This document shows positions 51,805 to 63,129 of a DNA stretch of 64,000 nt, one piece after another. Each line of letters begins with the position of its first letter. Position 1 is the first letter of the stretch. The position numbers and the translations under genes were made by a program. Source of the stretch: an uncultured delta proteobacterium (GTDB lineage Bacteria > Desulfobacterota > Desulfobacteria > Desulfobacterales > QNYZ01); contig CAWJQU010000005.1 in NCBI GenBank assembly GCA_963845145.1, forward strand, positions 320,001 through 384,000, in the 5' to 3' direction. Below the pieces are notes generated by a model. It had not been told where the DNA came from, did not search any database, and worked only from the letters and a program-made list of their open reading frames with translations.

Positions 51805-52938
51805 CAGGCCGCCTTTGCTGTTTTTTGCATATAAAGATTCATAAGTTGTTCAATCGCATCCGTCCAGCACTTGAATTTTTCCGATATCTGTATTGACTCT
51901 GTGCTAAGTTGCGTAACGTCTGCAGCGAGGGCCTTTTGGACAGCCGCCACCAATCCTGCCGTATCACTGGGCGAAAAAACAAAAGGGGTGCGATATCCGG
52001 TCAACAAGTCGTTGGTCCCGCCCTTGGATGCGCCGATCACGATCAGGCCGTTGGTCATTGCTTCCAACGCGGAGATGTGGAATGTTTCATACCCTCCAGG
52101 GGCAATTAGATATGTATGGGCTTTAAAAATGCGCAATAATTGACGCCTATCCCCGATATACCCCATGAATTTTAGCTTCGGACTTTTATGCCATTTAAAA
52201 AAGTCGCGGTATTGCCCATCCCCCACAACGGTTAACTGAAAGCCATCAATTTGAAGCAAAGACGGTAGCGCCTCCATCAGCAGACAAATCCCTTTTTCCG
52301 GTTCCAGCCTACCGATATACAAAAATTTCGAGGATGGCTCCCGTCGCACAAAGCGTTCTGTGCGAAACAGCGGATCGTACCCAAAGGGAACGACGTTCAC
52401 GGTATTAACGCTTTGTGCGTTGAAGATTTCGCTCCATAAACGGTGAGGTGACAATGATTTGCGGAAACTGTTTTTGAAGCCAGTAGAATAGTCGGGCCGC
52501 GACGGCAGTTACGGTCCGCCTGAAAAAGTTGTTGTTTTCTTCAACCCAGGGAGTCAAATTGGAAATTATGGGATCGGTATGAAAAAAATGGGCCAGATGC
52601 CCCCGCAACAATCCTGCTTTATAGCAAAAAATAGCCAGCCAAGGCGTCAACCACGGATCACCGACTTCAATAACATCAGGCGCAATTTGACGGATAAATC
52701 GATATGCGCTGATAAAATCTATTAAAAAACGATACTGCGGATTTATCGAGGGCAACCCATAGAATCCGACTTTCCAAACATTGCGTGCCACCTTTGCCGC
52801 ATATCGTTGTTTGTACGGATAGCACAAATAATAATCATGCTCCGGATGGCGCTCAAACCATTTTATTTTTTGCTGGTGGTACGTTTTTACGCCGCCGCCC
52901 AAATCTGAATAAGAAGTATTTATATCTAGAAAAATCAT
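51804..52938 (-). CDS. Glycosyltransferase family 4 (one frameshift)
   Basis: DINTSYSDLGGGVKTY...IEVGDP; YIGRLEPEKG; ETFHISALEAM. Confidence 0.85.
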
Positions 52939-52939
52939 C

Positions 52940-54099
52940 CTAAATGGAAATTTGCTGTGTATACATAGCAAAAAGCTGTTGTGCCAAACGCGACCAGCTT
53001 TGCGCTTGGGCATGTTTAATTGCTGCGTGACGCATTTGGGCCGATAGGGCCTGCTGGTCAAGCACTTTTTCGATTTTCCGGCAAAAATCATTGCTGTTTT
53101 TGGGCTCGGCCCAATAGCCGGTTATGCGATCCTGAACGATACCCATTGGCCCACCCCGGGCCGCCACTACCGGTATTAGCCCGGAAGCCATTGCTTCCAA
53201 GACGACATTGCCGAATGTTTCCGTTAGGGAGGGGAACAGAAAAACATCGCAGGAGGCATAGATTTTCGACAATGCCGGACCGACTAACTTACCGGTAAAG
53301 ACAGCCCCGGGCATCCGTTGCTGCATTTCGGATCGCGCCGGCCCATCTCCGGTGATGACCATGGTGATATCAGGCCGTTGGATACGAAAATACCGATATA
53401 TTCGGATAACGGTTTCGATCTCTTTTTCCCACACGAGCCGACTAACAAAAAGGACCCTTTTTTTCCCTGCCCCGTCAATATGTCAATAAACGCGCGATCT
53501 TGAAATGCCGGATTGAATTTTTGGGTGTCGATGCCGCGCCCCCATAGCGTCAGCCTGTTTTTACCGATACCCCAGGTCAACAGTTCATCCAAGATATTTG
53601 CAGTGGGGACCAATGCCATTGCGCATTGGTTGTAGAACCAGGCCATGTAACGTTTGGCTATGGTTTCGGATATACGTGGCAGGCCATACAAAGATTTGAG
53701 ATAGTAATCAATGTAAGAAACAAAGTGGGTGTGATAAGATGCCACCACTGGAATGTGTTTCTTTTTACCATAATGCAAGGCCCATAGCCCAAGGGTGAAG
53801 GGTGCCACAAAATGGAGTATATCCGGCTTAAATTGGTTCAATGCAGCCTTAAGGTCATTATTAAACCAGGGGATTGCGATCGGATAGTCCTTGTATAAAG
53901 GAAACGCTATCCCCGGGATGGTAATTATGGGAAAGGGAAAACGTTGACAGTCTTGGGGCGGCTCCGGAGTAACGAAAAGGTAATCAACCTTGTCTGGATC
54001 GACATTGTGGGCGATTTGAAAAATAGTATGCGTGACCCCATCCTGGTTCTCCCTGAGGATATCTGCAAAAAAGGCTATTTTTATTTTTTGAATTGCCAT
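52940..54099 (-). CDS. Glycosyltransferase family 4, mannosyltransferase-like (one frameshift)
   Basis: DGVTHT, VVASYHTHF, WGRGID; FPSLTETFGNVVLEAMASG. Confidence 0.88.
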
Positions 54100-54154
54100 A
54101 ACAGTGTTATAGATCTTAGATAATATAAAAAAGCCTATCCGCTTAACAATCCAG

Positions 54155-55207
54155 ATGGTTCGCGCCTATTTATCATATGCGGCGTCGGAAAGCCACGATG
54201 AATGGATCGAATGGGAGGGACGCTTGAAATCGGTAATGCTAACAGGTGCCAGTGGATTTGTCGGATCGCATATCGCCGAAGCCCTGCTCCGGATGGAGTT
54301 GAAGCCGCGAATATTTGTTCGGCAAAGAACCTCTCTAATTGATTCACTGGAGAAAAAAGGGGCAAGAATTTTCGTAGGCACCGGCCCGGATGATCTGATT
54401 GTAATACGAAAATCCCTTGAGGGGGTGGATGTCGTTATCCACTGTGCCGCTGCTGTGAAGGCGATCTGCCAAGAAGACTACACCTGGGCCAATGTATCAT
54501 TTACAGAAAACATATTGCGCCTTTTAAATAAAAATCAACGATTGGTTTTTATTAGTTCCCAAGCCGCTGCAGGCCCATCCAATCACAATCCTCCGGTCAA
54601 TGAAAAACAAAAACCGCACCCGATAAACGAGTACGGCGTAAGCAAACTTCAAGCTGAAACGATAATCCATAGATGGGGATACACGCACAACGAAAATTAT
54701 ATCATTCTCAGGCCGTGTTCGGTGTTTGGACCCAGGGAAAAGGACTTCTACCTCCTTTTTAAATCGATTAAAAAAGGTTTGTGCATGCTACCGGGTAATG
54801 GCCGTCAAAGGCTGTCTATCATCCATGTGGACGACCTGGTCAGAGCCGTATTGACCGCCGCTGTAACGGAAAAACGCGGCCAAACCTATTTTGTTTCAAA
54901 CGATGAGCCCTGCACATGGGTGCAAATCGGTGACACCATTAAAACCGCGCTAAATAAGTCCATGGTGTTAACATTAAAACTACCGGTTTCCATCGCAAGT
55001 CCATTAAGTCGGTTGTTTGATGCAATCGTTCCGCTTACCGGCAAACCGAGTTTATTGAGCTATCAAAAAGTAATAGAAATGAAACAGACGGCCTGGGTCT
55101 GCAGCAATCTCCGTATCAAACAGGATCTGGCCTGGCGGCCTGGCCTGACATTGAAACAAGGAATTGAGACAACAGCCAATTGGTACCTTCAAGAAAAATG
55201 GTTATAG
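54155..55207 (+). CDS. NAD-dependent epimerase/dehydratase (extended SDR); start uncertain
   Basis: LTGASGFVG, ISSQAAAGP, YGVSK, RPCSVFGP. Confidence 0.88.
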   Translation: MVRAYLSYAASESHDEWIEWEGRLKSVMLTGASGFVGSHIAEALLRMELKPRIFVRQRTSLIDSLEKKGARIFVGTGPDDLIVIRKSLEGVDVVIHCAAAVKAICQEDYTWANVSFTENILRLLNKNQRLVFISSQAAAGPSNHNPPVNEKQKPHPINEYGVSKLQAETIIHRWGYTHNENYIILRPCSVFGPREKDFYLLFKSIKKGLCMLPGNGRQRLSIIHVDDLVRAVLTAAVTEKRGQTYFVSNDEPCTWVQIGDTIKTALNKSMVLTLKLPVSIASPLSRLFDAIVPLTGKPSLLSYQKVIEMKQTAWVCSNLRIKQDLAWRPGLTLKQGIETTANWYLQEKWL

Positions 55208-55235
55208 TCGAAAGTCTTTTTTCAGACCAGCGCTT

Positions 55236-56348
55236 CTAATAAAAATAGTCCTTCGATGCCCGTTCGTTAAAATCGATAGCGCCTTGGATCAAACTGTTAA
55301 ATATCGAAGGCGGTAGCTCAATAAGCGCTAACTTTTCAAGGGCCCTTACGGTTGCTTTGCGTGGTATGGGCTTCAGCAACACCAATTCTCCCATCAGCGC
55401 GCCTGGGCCAAGTTCAGCTACGGCGATTTGTCGCCCATCGAGATTTCGAACAACCTCTGCGCGTCCGGATTTGATATAGTAGAACTTGTCCTTTATTTCA
55501 CCGTCCTTGATAACTGTTGCACCCGGCGAAAATAATTTCGGCTCAACTTTATCAGCAACGCTTTTGATAATAGGCGGAAGCGCACCTTGAAGGGTGTTCA
55601 CTTTTCCAATGACGAGGGAATCTTTCACGATAGCGTCGGATATAATATGCCCATCCACCAATTTGATGACCCGGTCGGCGACATCCAGGATACGATTGTC
55701 ATGGGTTACTATCAGTATGGTGCAGTTGTGTTCCTGGGCCCTTTTGCGAAGAATCTTTACCACATGCCGCCCCGCATCCTTATCCAAGGCGGCGGTAGGC
55801 TCATCAGCCAGAATAATTTGGGGATTATTGATCAGCGCCCTACCGATGGCCACGCGTTGTCGCTGGCCTTCTGAAAGCGCAACCGGTTTGTGATTCATCC
55901 GTTCCGCCAATCCGAGTTCCATCAGTATTTCCACCGGCCTTTTTTCCCGTTCTTTTTTTGGATAGTCATGCAATTGCATGCCCAATAAGAGCGTTTGGCG
56001 GGCGGTGAGCGACCCAAACAAATTATGGGTTTGGAAGATAAAACCGATATTTTTGCGAACTTGCTGTAACGCCTTACCGCCCATGCCACAAAGCTCCTTG
56101 CCCATCACTTCAAGGTGTCCTTTCTGCACGGAACGCAGCCCGCCGATAAGGCTTAAAAGCGTGGTTTTGCCTGATCCGGACGGGCCGGTCACCAAAACAA
56201 CTTCACCCGGGTATACAGTCAAATCGACGTTAAAAAGCACTTGTATACAGTTGTCCTGCTCACCAAAACGATAATTGAGCCCGGCCACCTTAATTGTGGG
56301 CTCAAAGTTGTTATTCTTCTTCTGATCCATGAGATTGGTACGATTCAT
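55236..56348 (-). CDS. DevA-like ABC ATPase with C-terminal cyclic-nucleotide-binding domain
   Basis: GPSGSGKTTLL, LSEGQRQR, ILADEPTAALD, VTHDNRI; then GELVLL..PRKATVRA cNMP-like fold. Confidence 0.85.
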   Translation of the reverse strand: MNRTNLMDQKKNNNFEPTIKVAGLNYRFGEQDNCIQVLFNVDLTVYPGEVVLVTGPSGSGKTTLLSLIGGLRSVQKGHLEVMGKELCGMGGKALQQVRKNIGFIFQTHNLFGSLTARQTLLLGMQLHDYPKKEREKRPVEILMELGLAERMNHKPVALSEGQRQRVAIGRALINNPQIILADEPTAALDKDAGRHVVKILRKRAQEHNCTILIVTHDNRILDVADRVIKLVDGHIISDAIVKDSLVIGKVNTLQGALPPIIKSVADKVEPKLFSPGATVIKDGEIKDKFYYIKSGRAEVVRNLDGRQIAVAELGPGALMGELVLLKPIPRKATVRALEKLALIELPPSIFNSLIQGAIDFNERASKDYFY

Positions 56349-56410
56349 ATGTGACCATCATTTATTTACTGAGCCTTCATCAGAAACCAATATACAACGC
56401 ATTCGTAAAA

Positions 56411-57556
56411 TTAAAAGAGGGCAGCCGGATCCGTTCTGGTCACTTTTTTAACAGCAATCAATCCGGCAAAAATACACATAAAAACAGTCAAACCAAGGAC
56501 AATGGCAATTCTACCGGGCGTTAAAAACATCCAGATTCCGGTAACGGTTTCAATAACATGATAGAGCATGTACCCGCTGATCAAGCCCGGTATAAAACCG
56601 AGGATTGAAAGCCACAACGCTTCTTTGATCACGATGTTTTGCAAAAATCCATCCGTAAAACCCATGGCCCGCAACGTGGCGTACTGGGGGATATGATCAT
56701 TTATTTCATTATATAAAATCTGGTAACAAATGATTACCCCGATTGTAAAACCGATCACCAATCCGATCCCGAAAATCACGCCAACCGGCACGGCCTTGAT
56801 TGTGTACCGCACTTCGCGTTCGCGCATTTCTTCTGGCGTCAAAAGGACAATATCCTTGGGCAACTGGTTCAGCATGTTCTGTTTCAACGCTACCACATCC
56901 TTTCCCAATGCAACACGGATCAAACCATAGGAGATACTCGCTATATTCTGGTTTCGGCGTGTACGCAGCCATGATGCATCCGACATGACGACTGTTCCGT
57001 CGAAACTGAAATTCGGTCCTAAAGACACAAAGCCGCCCACTCGGAAAAGGGTGTTGTTTATTTCGATATCCTGACCGATTTCGATTTTGCCAAATATCTT
57101 ACGCGATTTTTGATCAAAAAGAACCGTTCCCGGTTTACGCAGTTCTCTTTTGTATTGTTCATATAGAGGCAGATCGAGTGGATCGGAATCGGGAGGGAAG
57201 GCGATCATGAACATCCGCTTGGTCAAACCGGTATTTGGATTTTTCATGTTCACCATGGACTTATATAGCGGCGCCACTTCAACAACGCTTTCAAAAGCCA
57301 ACGCCTGACTGAGGTGAATACGATGCATCTGGTTAGATTTGTTTAAATGAATACTGTGCTGATCCATCATAATTAGGTCGGCGCGGAAAATCGAGGGTAA
57401 GCGGGATTGACTGTCGTTAATCCCGTTAAAAAAACCCAATTCCATGAACATGACCAGCACGGTAAATGCTATGGCGCTAAGCGAGAGTAGTAAACGCTTT
57501 TTATTATGGAGCAGCAGGCTGGTCGCCATTGACAACTTATGGGGGGCCCGCAGCAT
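56411..57556 (-). CDS. DevC-like ABC permease
   Basis: LVMFMELGF, IICYQILYNEI..HIPQYATLRAMG, DPAALF. Confidence 0.85.
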   Translation of the reverse strand: MLRAPHKLSMATSLLLHNKKRLLLSLSAIAFTVLVMFMELGFFNGINDSQSRLPSIFRADLIMMDQHSIHLNKSNQMHRIHLSQALAFESVVEVAPLYKSMVNMKNPNTGLTKRMFMIAFPPDSDPLDLPLYEQYKRELRKPGTVLFDQKSRKIFGKIEIGQDIEINNTLFRVGGFVSLGPNFSFDGTVVMSDASWLRTRRNQNIASISYGLIRVALGKDVVALKQNMLNQLPKDIVLLTPEEMREREVRYTIKAVPVGVIFGIGLVIGFTIGVIICYQILYNEINDHIPQYATLRAMGFTDGFLQNIVIKEALWLSILGFIPGLISGYMLYHVIETVTGIWMFLTPGRIAIVLGLTVFMCIFAGLIAVKKVTRTDPAALF

Positions 57557-57558
57557 GA

Positions 57559-58686
57559 TTAGGATAGCTCCGCAGGGTCTGTTCGCCGGACTTTCTGAAG
57601 TCCCAAAAGACAAGAAATGATGCACATCAATAGGTTGACAAAAAAGACATAAAGGATCAGGGACAGCGTCATGTCCATTGGCAAACGTGAAAGTAAGTGG
57701 GTAATCCGAAATACGATAATCGCTATAACCAAAGCGGGTACAAAACTCAGCAGCGCATAAATCAATGCCTGTACTACACCGATTCTATAAATGTACCAGT
57801 CACTGAAACCGATCGCTTTCAAGGTGGCAAATTCATCCAACCGATTTGAAATATCGGTATTCAGAACCTGAAGCAAAATCACGATCCCCGCAAAAAAAGC
57901 GACGATTACGCCGGACTGGAAAATTATGCCCACAGGCTTGACCGATATAAAATAATCTTGCTCCTTGCGGATCATTTCTGTTTTAGAGTAGATGAAAACA
58001 TCATTAGGCAGCATTACCCGAAGCTGTGTCACAACATTCGCAACATCCGACCCTGGGTTTAAGCGCAGAAAACCATAGTTTACCCTTCGAGGATCGTTGC
58101 GCGACAACCGGGCAAAATTGTCATTGCTGACAATGACGCATCCTTCGGAAAAAAGGCCTACTCCCAATCGAAAGTGGCCGGCAATCGTTACCGGTGTTTG
58201 GTTAACCTCGACTTCTCTTCCAATAGACAGATCGCCATAGGCCTTATGAGAGTACAAATCGACCAAAACTGTGTGGTTAGATCGAATATTGCGCATCCCA
58301 GTTCTGATTAAACCATTTTTTATAAAGCGTTGTTCCAAGGGAATGCCAAGAATGATAAGCCGGCTGGTAGCCCCGGTATCCTTATCCTTCCATCTACCAT
58401 TGGAAAAAGACATACTTGCAGCGGCTTGCACGTCTTGTTGTGCGAGCGCCTGTGTTAAGCGTATCCTGTCAAACGATCCTGGGGTGGCCAGATATGTATA
58501 CTTTTCAGAGACAATGCCGATATCATAATCGAAAATCTCAAAAAATGATGCTGTCGCAGTTTTACCGCCCTGTAAAAAACCCAGCTGCATAAAAACCAGT
58601 AAGATTGAAAAACTGATCCCGCACACGGCCGCGGTCGTACGCCGCTTATTTTGGAAAACATTATGCCATGCCAACGGAACGTTCAT
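57559..58686 (-). CDS. DevC-like ABC permease (second paralog)
   Basis: VPLAWHN, LVFMQLGF, EFATLKAIG, DPAEL. Confidence 0.85.
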   Translation of the reverse strand: MNVPLAWHNVFQNKRRTTAAVCGISFSILLVFMQLGFLQGGKTATASFFEIFDYDIGIVSEKYTYLATPGSFDRIRLTQALAQQDVQAAASMSFSNGRWKDKDTGATSRLIILGIPLEQRFIKNGLIRTGMRNIRSNHTVLVDLYSHKAYGDLSIGREVEVNQTPVTIAGHFRLGVGLFSEGCVIVSNDNFARLSRNDPRRVNYGFLRLNPGSDVANVVTQLRVMLPNDVFIYSKTEMIRKEQDYFISVKPVGIIFQSGVIVAFFAGIVILLQVLNTDISNRLDEFATLKAIGFSDWYIYRIGVVQALIYALLSFVPALVIAIIVFRITHLLSRLPMDMTLSLILYVFFVNLLMCIISCLLGLQKVRRTDPAELS

Positions 58687-58793
58687 ACAAAAATCCTTCA
58701 GCTCAAACATATAATCAACGCGGTGATGAATCGCATCAGCAGGGCTCTTGTCGAATTGGCGATCGGTGAGATCCGGGTGCAGAGCGGGATCGA

Positions 58794-59801
58794 TTAAAGC
58801 TCAATTGATATATCAACTTCCAGGCCAATCAGTTTGGAAGCCAGTTTGGAATCTTCGAGGCGAATCCTTACCTTGGCTGTGCGGGATTGGGTTGAAATCA
58901 AACTTCCGATGGTTTCGACTTTTCCCACTAAAGGTTCGGGGAGTGCACTGCTGGTTATTTTGGCCTGTAGGCCGGGTGATAGCTTCAGCAGGTCGCCCTG
59001 GAACACTTCCGCGATCACGGACATATTTTCCAAATCCGCCATTTTAAGGATGGGGTGAGGCCCGGTCGTCTCCCCCACATGCTGAAATACTTCTAAAATC
59101 GTACCCTTAATTGGGGCTTTTAGGGTCGATAGGTCAAGCTTCTGTTTGAGCACTTGCAGATTGCTTTCAGCACGTTGCACCTTCAAATGCCAACTTTTTT
59201 TTTGCCGTGCAAGCTCTTGTTTGGCTTGGGACAAATTAATAGTTTGCTCCTGTTTTAGCCGGCTTAGCTCTTTTTCAACGGTATTTAGTTTGAGGCCGGC
59301 AGCTGCAAGCACATGTTTACGCTTGGCCATCTGGGCCCCGGACAACGTGTCACCTCCTACTGCATTAAAACGCTTGAAACTTTGTAAGGCGAAATCATAA
59401 TCCTCCTGGGCCGCACGGACCTCGAGTTCTTGTAGAGCGATCGTGATTGTACCCAATTCGGAGACTTCCCGGACTTTCATTTCCTGAAGCGCAATGGTCT
59501 GTGTACCGATTATTTTGGCTTCTTCAAGTGCGATTTGCGCCAGCGCCAGCTCCCCCTCCAGCAGCTTATTGTCCTCAAGAACGGCCAATAAAGCACCTTT
59601 TTCGACGGTGTCACCCTCTTTGGCATGGATGGCTGCAATCCGACCATTGGCGGGCGCCACCAGGTGAACCACTCCGCTGCCGGGCATGATGTGGCCCAGG
59701 GCACCTACTTTCTCACCTTCGGCAGCATATGAACCAAAAGTCCAAAAAAGGATAAGTAAAAAAAAGAAGGGACCTGTATATGACTTAAAGAGTTTTCGCA
59801 T
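58794..59801 (-). CDS. DevB-like membrane fusion protein
   Basis: VGALGHIMP, EGDTVEKG, APIKGTILE, VIAEVFQGD. Confidence 0.82.
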   Translation of the reverse strand: MRKLFKSYTGPFFFLLILFWTFGSYAAEGEKVGALGHIMPGSGVVHLVAPANGRIAAIHAKEGDTVEKGALLAVLEDNKLLEGELALAQIALEEAKIIGTQTIALQEMKVREVSELGTITIALQELEVRAAQEDYDFALQSFKRFNAVGGDTLSGAQMAKRKHVLAAAGLKLNTVEKELSRLKQEQTINLSQAKQELARQKKSWHLKVQRAESNLQVLKQKLDLSTLKAPIKGTILEVFQHVGETTGPHPILKMADLENMSVIAEVFQGDLLKLSPGLQAKITSSALPEPLVGKVETIGSLISTQSRTAKVRIRLEDSKLASKLIGLEVDISIEL

Positions 59802-59864
59802 GGCATAATCGTCTTGTTGTGATGATCGGAAGAGCAACTGATCCACTTAGCCTGATATTATGGT

Positions 59865-61367
59865 CTAATGAATCGGCGGCAATTCCATCAAATTATTCAT
59901 CTGAAAAAGTACCTCATCTTCGCTGTCTTTAAAAATCGTTCTCGTAACAAACCGCAGTCTTACGAGAGCGGTGGCATACTTCTGCAGGGCTCTGACATGA
60001 GTAATGCGGGCTTCGGTATAATTTTGGTCCAGCCTGATCAAATAGGTTAAGCTCCCGGCGCCGTTAGTTATTTTGACTCGCTCTTGCTTAACCGATGCAA
60101 GATACGCCTCTTTGGACTGCCGAGCTAAATTTATCTCCTTAACCGAAGATCGCAACATCTCAATTGCTTCGGCGATCTGGGCGAGAATCACATTTGCCAA
60201 TTCAGAAGACCGCAGTTTGGATTCATTTTTTTTCGACAAACGATGGCGAATTTCGCCTTGGGCAAAACGGTTAGACAGGGGCAATTCGACATTCACTTTG
60301 CCTTGTATGACCGGACCGGACAGGCTTTCGTGCGATGGGCCCAGGAAGCTATCAAAAAGTGTTTCGTCCACCTCGGCATAACCACTATCCAATGTGAAAT
60401 CGACACGTGGCTTTTTATCATTGCGGGCCTTGTGCAACAAGACATCCTGTGCATCAATTCGTTTCAAAGAGGCCTGATAATCACCCCTTTTTTTCAAGGC
60501 CTGACGGCCATAAATCTCAACCAATGCATCATTCACATCCTCCGGCTTAATTAGAGGTGGAAAAAATCCTACGGCCAGCGGAGATGAGGCCGTATTCGCC
60601 GGACCGTCCCCCATGCTCACAGCCAAAGCCTGACGGGCCCTGAAGAGATTCAATCGGCCTTGTCCAACATCCACCTTAATTTTGTAAAAACGGCCGGTGG
60701 CCTCGCCAAGATAGACAGGGTTTAACTCCCCCCCATCAACCAACAATTGCACCAGATCGACAATTTCCCGGCTGCGTCTTTCGGAATCGTCTAAGATTTC
60801 AAAAATTTGTGATGCCCCGAGGCACTCCCAGAAGCGGGTGGCGGTTTGGGTCACGCGCGCAGTAACGTTGTGTTTCGACAGATACTTAGATGCGGTCCAG
60901 TTGATATTGGCCGCAAGTTCTTCGGCCCTTGCGTTCCTTGAACCTAAACCGCGTAACAAGGGGATACGTATCCTTAAGTTGACTGCCGCCCCGCTGCGTT
61001 CAATAAATTGGGATGAAATTTTACTACTCTCAAAATTTGAGAATGACGGCGTGATTTCAATACCGCTACGAAACCGTTTGGTTGCCCCAAAAGATGTGTT
61101 TACCGAAACATCATTGTCTTCTTCAAAGGATGATGCCGCACTGCCGAAAACGAGCCAATCGAAGGCTCCGGCAGTTTTGGTCAAAAGCGCCCGGCTCTGA
61201 TTTACTTTTTCTTTTTCAACTTGAACACCCGGATTGAGCTCAAGGGTCCTAACGATCGCATCTGCTAAGGTAATCGTCTCTCTGGCTGCCATAAGTGATT
61301 GATGACCAATAAGAAATTGACTCACCAGAACGAAAAACAATGCAGTTTTTTTAGATAACTTTTTCAT
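59865..61367 (-). CDS. TolC-family outer membrane protein
   Basis: Signal peptide, ITLADAIVRTLELNP, IPLLRG, VELPLSNR. Confidence 0.82.
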   Translation of the reverse strand: MKKLSKKTALFFVLVSQFLIGHQSLMAARETITLADAIVRTLELNPGVQVEKEKVNQSRALLTKTAGAFDWLVFGSAASSFEEDNDVSVNTSFGATKRFRSGIEITPSFSNFESSKISSQFIERSGAAVNLRIRIPLLRGLGSRNARAEELAANINWTASKYLSKHNVTARVTQTATRFWECLGASQIFEILDDSERRSREIVDLVQLLVDGGELNPVYLGEATGRFYKIKVDVGQGRLNLFRARQALAVSMGDGPANTASSPLAVGFFPPLIKPEDVNDALVEIYGRQALKKRGDYQASLKRIDAQDVLLHKARNDKKPRVDFTLDSGYAEVDETLFDSFLGPSHESLSGPVIQGKVNVELPLSNRFAQGEIRHRLSKKNESKLRSSELANVILAQIAEAIEMLRSSVKEINLARQSKEAYLASVKQERVKITNGAGSLTYLIRLDQNYTEARITHVRALQKYATALVRLRFVTRTIFKDSEDEVLFQMNNLMELPPIH

Positions 61368-61412
61368 GTTTATTCCGTATGATCCTCAAACCATACCGTG
61401 TTGCACCAATCA

Positions 61413-62537
61413 CTATAGGCTTTTCTGGTAAACCCGATAGCGCTTGCATACTTTGCCGCCCATCCATTTACTTACTGCTCTCATTTTGTCATTCGTCTCC
61501 ATTTGATGGTGTGTATCGATGACCTTTATACCCGCCTGCTGAGCAGAATGGTACATAGCCATCGACATCAGAACATCGCCGCCCAGACCGCGAAACTCTT
61601 CCTTGATTGCACCGAGCAAAAGATCAAGCTGCTGGGAATTTTTTCGGGCCTTTAAAATTTTGAAAAGCCCCAATGGAAACAGATATCCTTTAGATGCTTG
61701 AATGCCTTTGGTTATGTCGGGCATACCGATGATAAATCCGACATATTCATCTCCACTTTTTAGGACTTTTAGAAATTTAGGATCGATAAGGGGTAAGTAG
61801 CGTTTGATAAGAATATCCATCTCACGATTGTCCATGGGAGCGAAGCCATAGATATTGCTACGCGCATAACACTCATTCATCAGCTCAAATATAGGTTTTG
61901 CCAATCGTCGAATCGCTTTTTTATTATGCACCTCGACCAGTTTAAAATGCCCTCTTTTTTGAACCCGGCTAAAGACCCTATCAATCATTTCAGGTACTTG
62001 GGGTGGAATATCGACTTTGTAAGTAACATAATCAATATCTTTGGTATACCCATGCTGCGACACCAATTTAGGCATCCACTCAAAGTTATAATAGGTGGCA
62101 ATGGTGGCACGCCGCCCAAAGCCCTCAATTAAAAATCCCTCCAGGTCCTGGTCGGAAAAGCCGTATGGGCCAATAATTTTTTTCATCCTTTTGTTGCGGG
62201 CCCAGTTTTCAACATACTCCAGCAATGCTCCCACCGAATGCGTATCCTGCCAGGTTTCAAGAAGAGAAAAGCGCGCTGATTTTTCGTTTCTAAGCCGGTT
62301 ATAGCGGTGATTTATGATACCCATTATGCGACCGACAACCCGGCCATTTTTACGGGCCAAGGCCAAGGTAGTATCACAATAGGAAAAGGCTGTGTTTGTT
62401 CGGGGACTGAGTGTCAGCCATTCATCTATATAAATCGGCGGAACCCAGAATTTGTGATCGGTATGAATTTTTGCAGGTAAATGGATGAACTGATATAATT
62501 GTCGACGATTGGTTACCGGACAGATTTTCAGGGTCAT
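61413..62537 (-). CDS. GNAT-fold protein, YghO / bacterial ceramide synthase-like
   Basis: FIHLP..IH....WVPP, VVGRI..IIN, IIGPYGF, GFLIEGF, YN, FRGLG, KRYRVY. Confidence 0.72.
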   Translation of the reverse strand: MTLKICPVTNRRQLYQFIHLPAKIHTDHKFWVPPIYIDEWLTLSPRTNTAFSYCDTTLALARKNGRVVGRIMGIINHRYNRLRNEKSARFSLLETWQDTHSVGALLEYVENWARNKRMKKIIGPYGFSDQDLEGFLIEGFGRRATIATYYNFEWMPKLVSQHGYTKDIDYVTYKVDIPPQVPEMIDRVFSRVQKRGHFKLVEVHNKKAIRRLAKPIFELMNECYARSNIYGFAPMDNREMDILIKRYLPLIDPKFLKVLKSGDEYVGFIIGMPDITKGIQASKGYLFPLGLFKILKARKNSQQLDLLLGAIKEEFRGLGGDVLMSMAMYHSAQQAGIKVIDTHHQMETNDKMRAVSKWMGGKVCKRYRVYQKSL

Positions 62538-62573
62538 CTGAGTTTCCTGTAGGCAAAAGGCGACACTGGAGTA

Positions 62574-62885
62574 TTAGTTTTCCGGTAGAATATCATAAAT
62601 ATAATCGACAACGTCTTTGACAGTTTTAAAATTAACCATTTCCTCATCCGGAATTTCGAGGCCGTACTGGTCTTCGATCTGGAATAGCATTTCCACCGCG
62701 GCAAAGGAATCCATTCCCAGATCATCCACCAGCAACAATTCAGGTCTGATGGCTTTTTCATTAAAATGCAGCAGTGTGGCTAAAACCTGTATGACCTTCT
62801 TTTCAATTTGATTTTCGATTTCGCTCAAGCTATATTCCTCCGATAATTGTACCTTCCGGCAAAAAAACATGAGATCCATTATCAT
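62574..62885 (-). CDS. Acyl carrier protein (start uncertain)
   Basis: DDLGMDSFAAVE...EIPDEE...TVKDV. Confidence 0.9.
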   Translation of the reverse strand: MIMDLMFFCRKVQLSEEYSLSEIENQIEKKVIQVLATLLHFNEKAIRPELLLVDDLGMDSFAAVEMLFQIEDQYGLEIPDEEMVNFKTVKDVVDYIYDILPEN

Positions 62886-62944
62886 ATCCGATATATGCTG
62901 ACAATATGCCTGTAGACATGCCTAACGTTGCTTAAAATATCAAA

Positions 62945-63125
62945 TGAGCCAATTTCAAAACGTCCCATTTTGCCCAATCTCTGCGTCATGCTCAATTTTT
63001 AATCCTCGAAATACTCTATGTATTCACCCCAAGGGCACTTCCTTCGGGGCGCCTGTGGTTAATCCGCCTGGGGCGGATCGCCATCCTTGGCCTTGAACAA
63101 ACTGAAACGTTTTGAAAATGGTTCA
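62945..63125. mobile_element. MITE-like element with 19-bp imperfect terminal inverted repeats
   Basis: TGAGCCAATTTCAAAACGT ... ACGTTTTGAAAATGGTTCA (17/19 match), 181 bp, non-coding. Confidence 0.6.
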
Positions 63126-63129
63126 AGTA

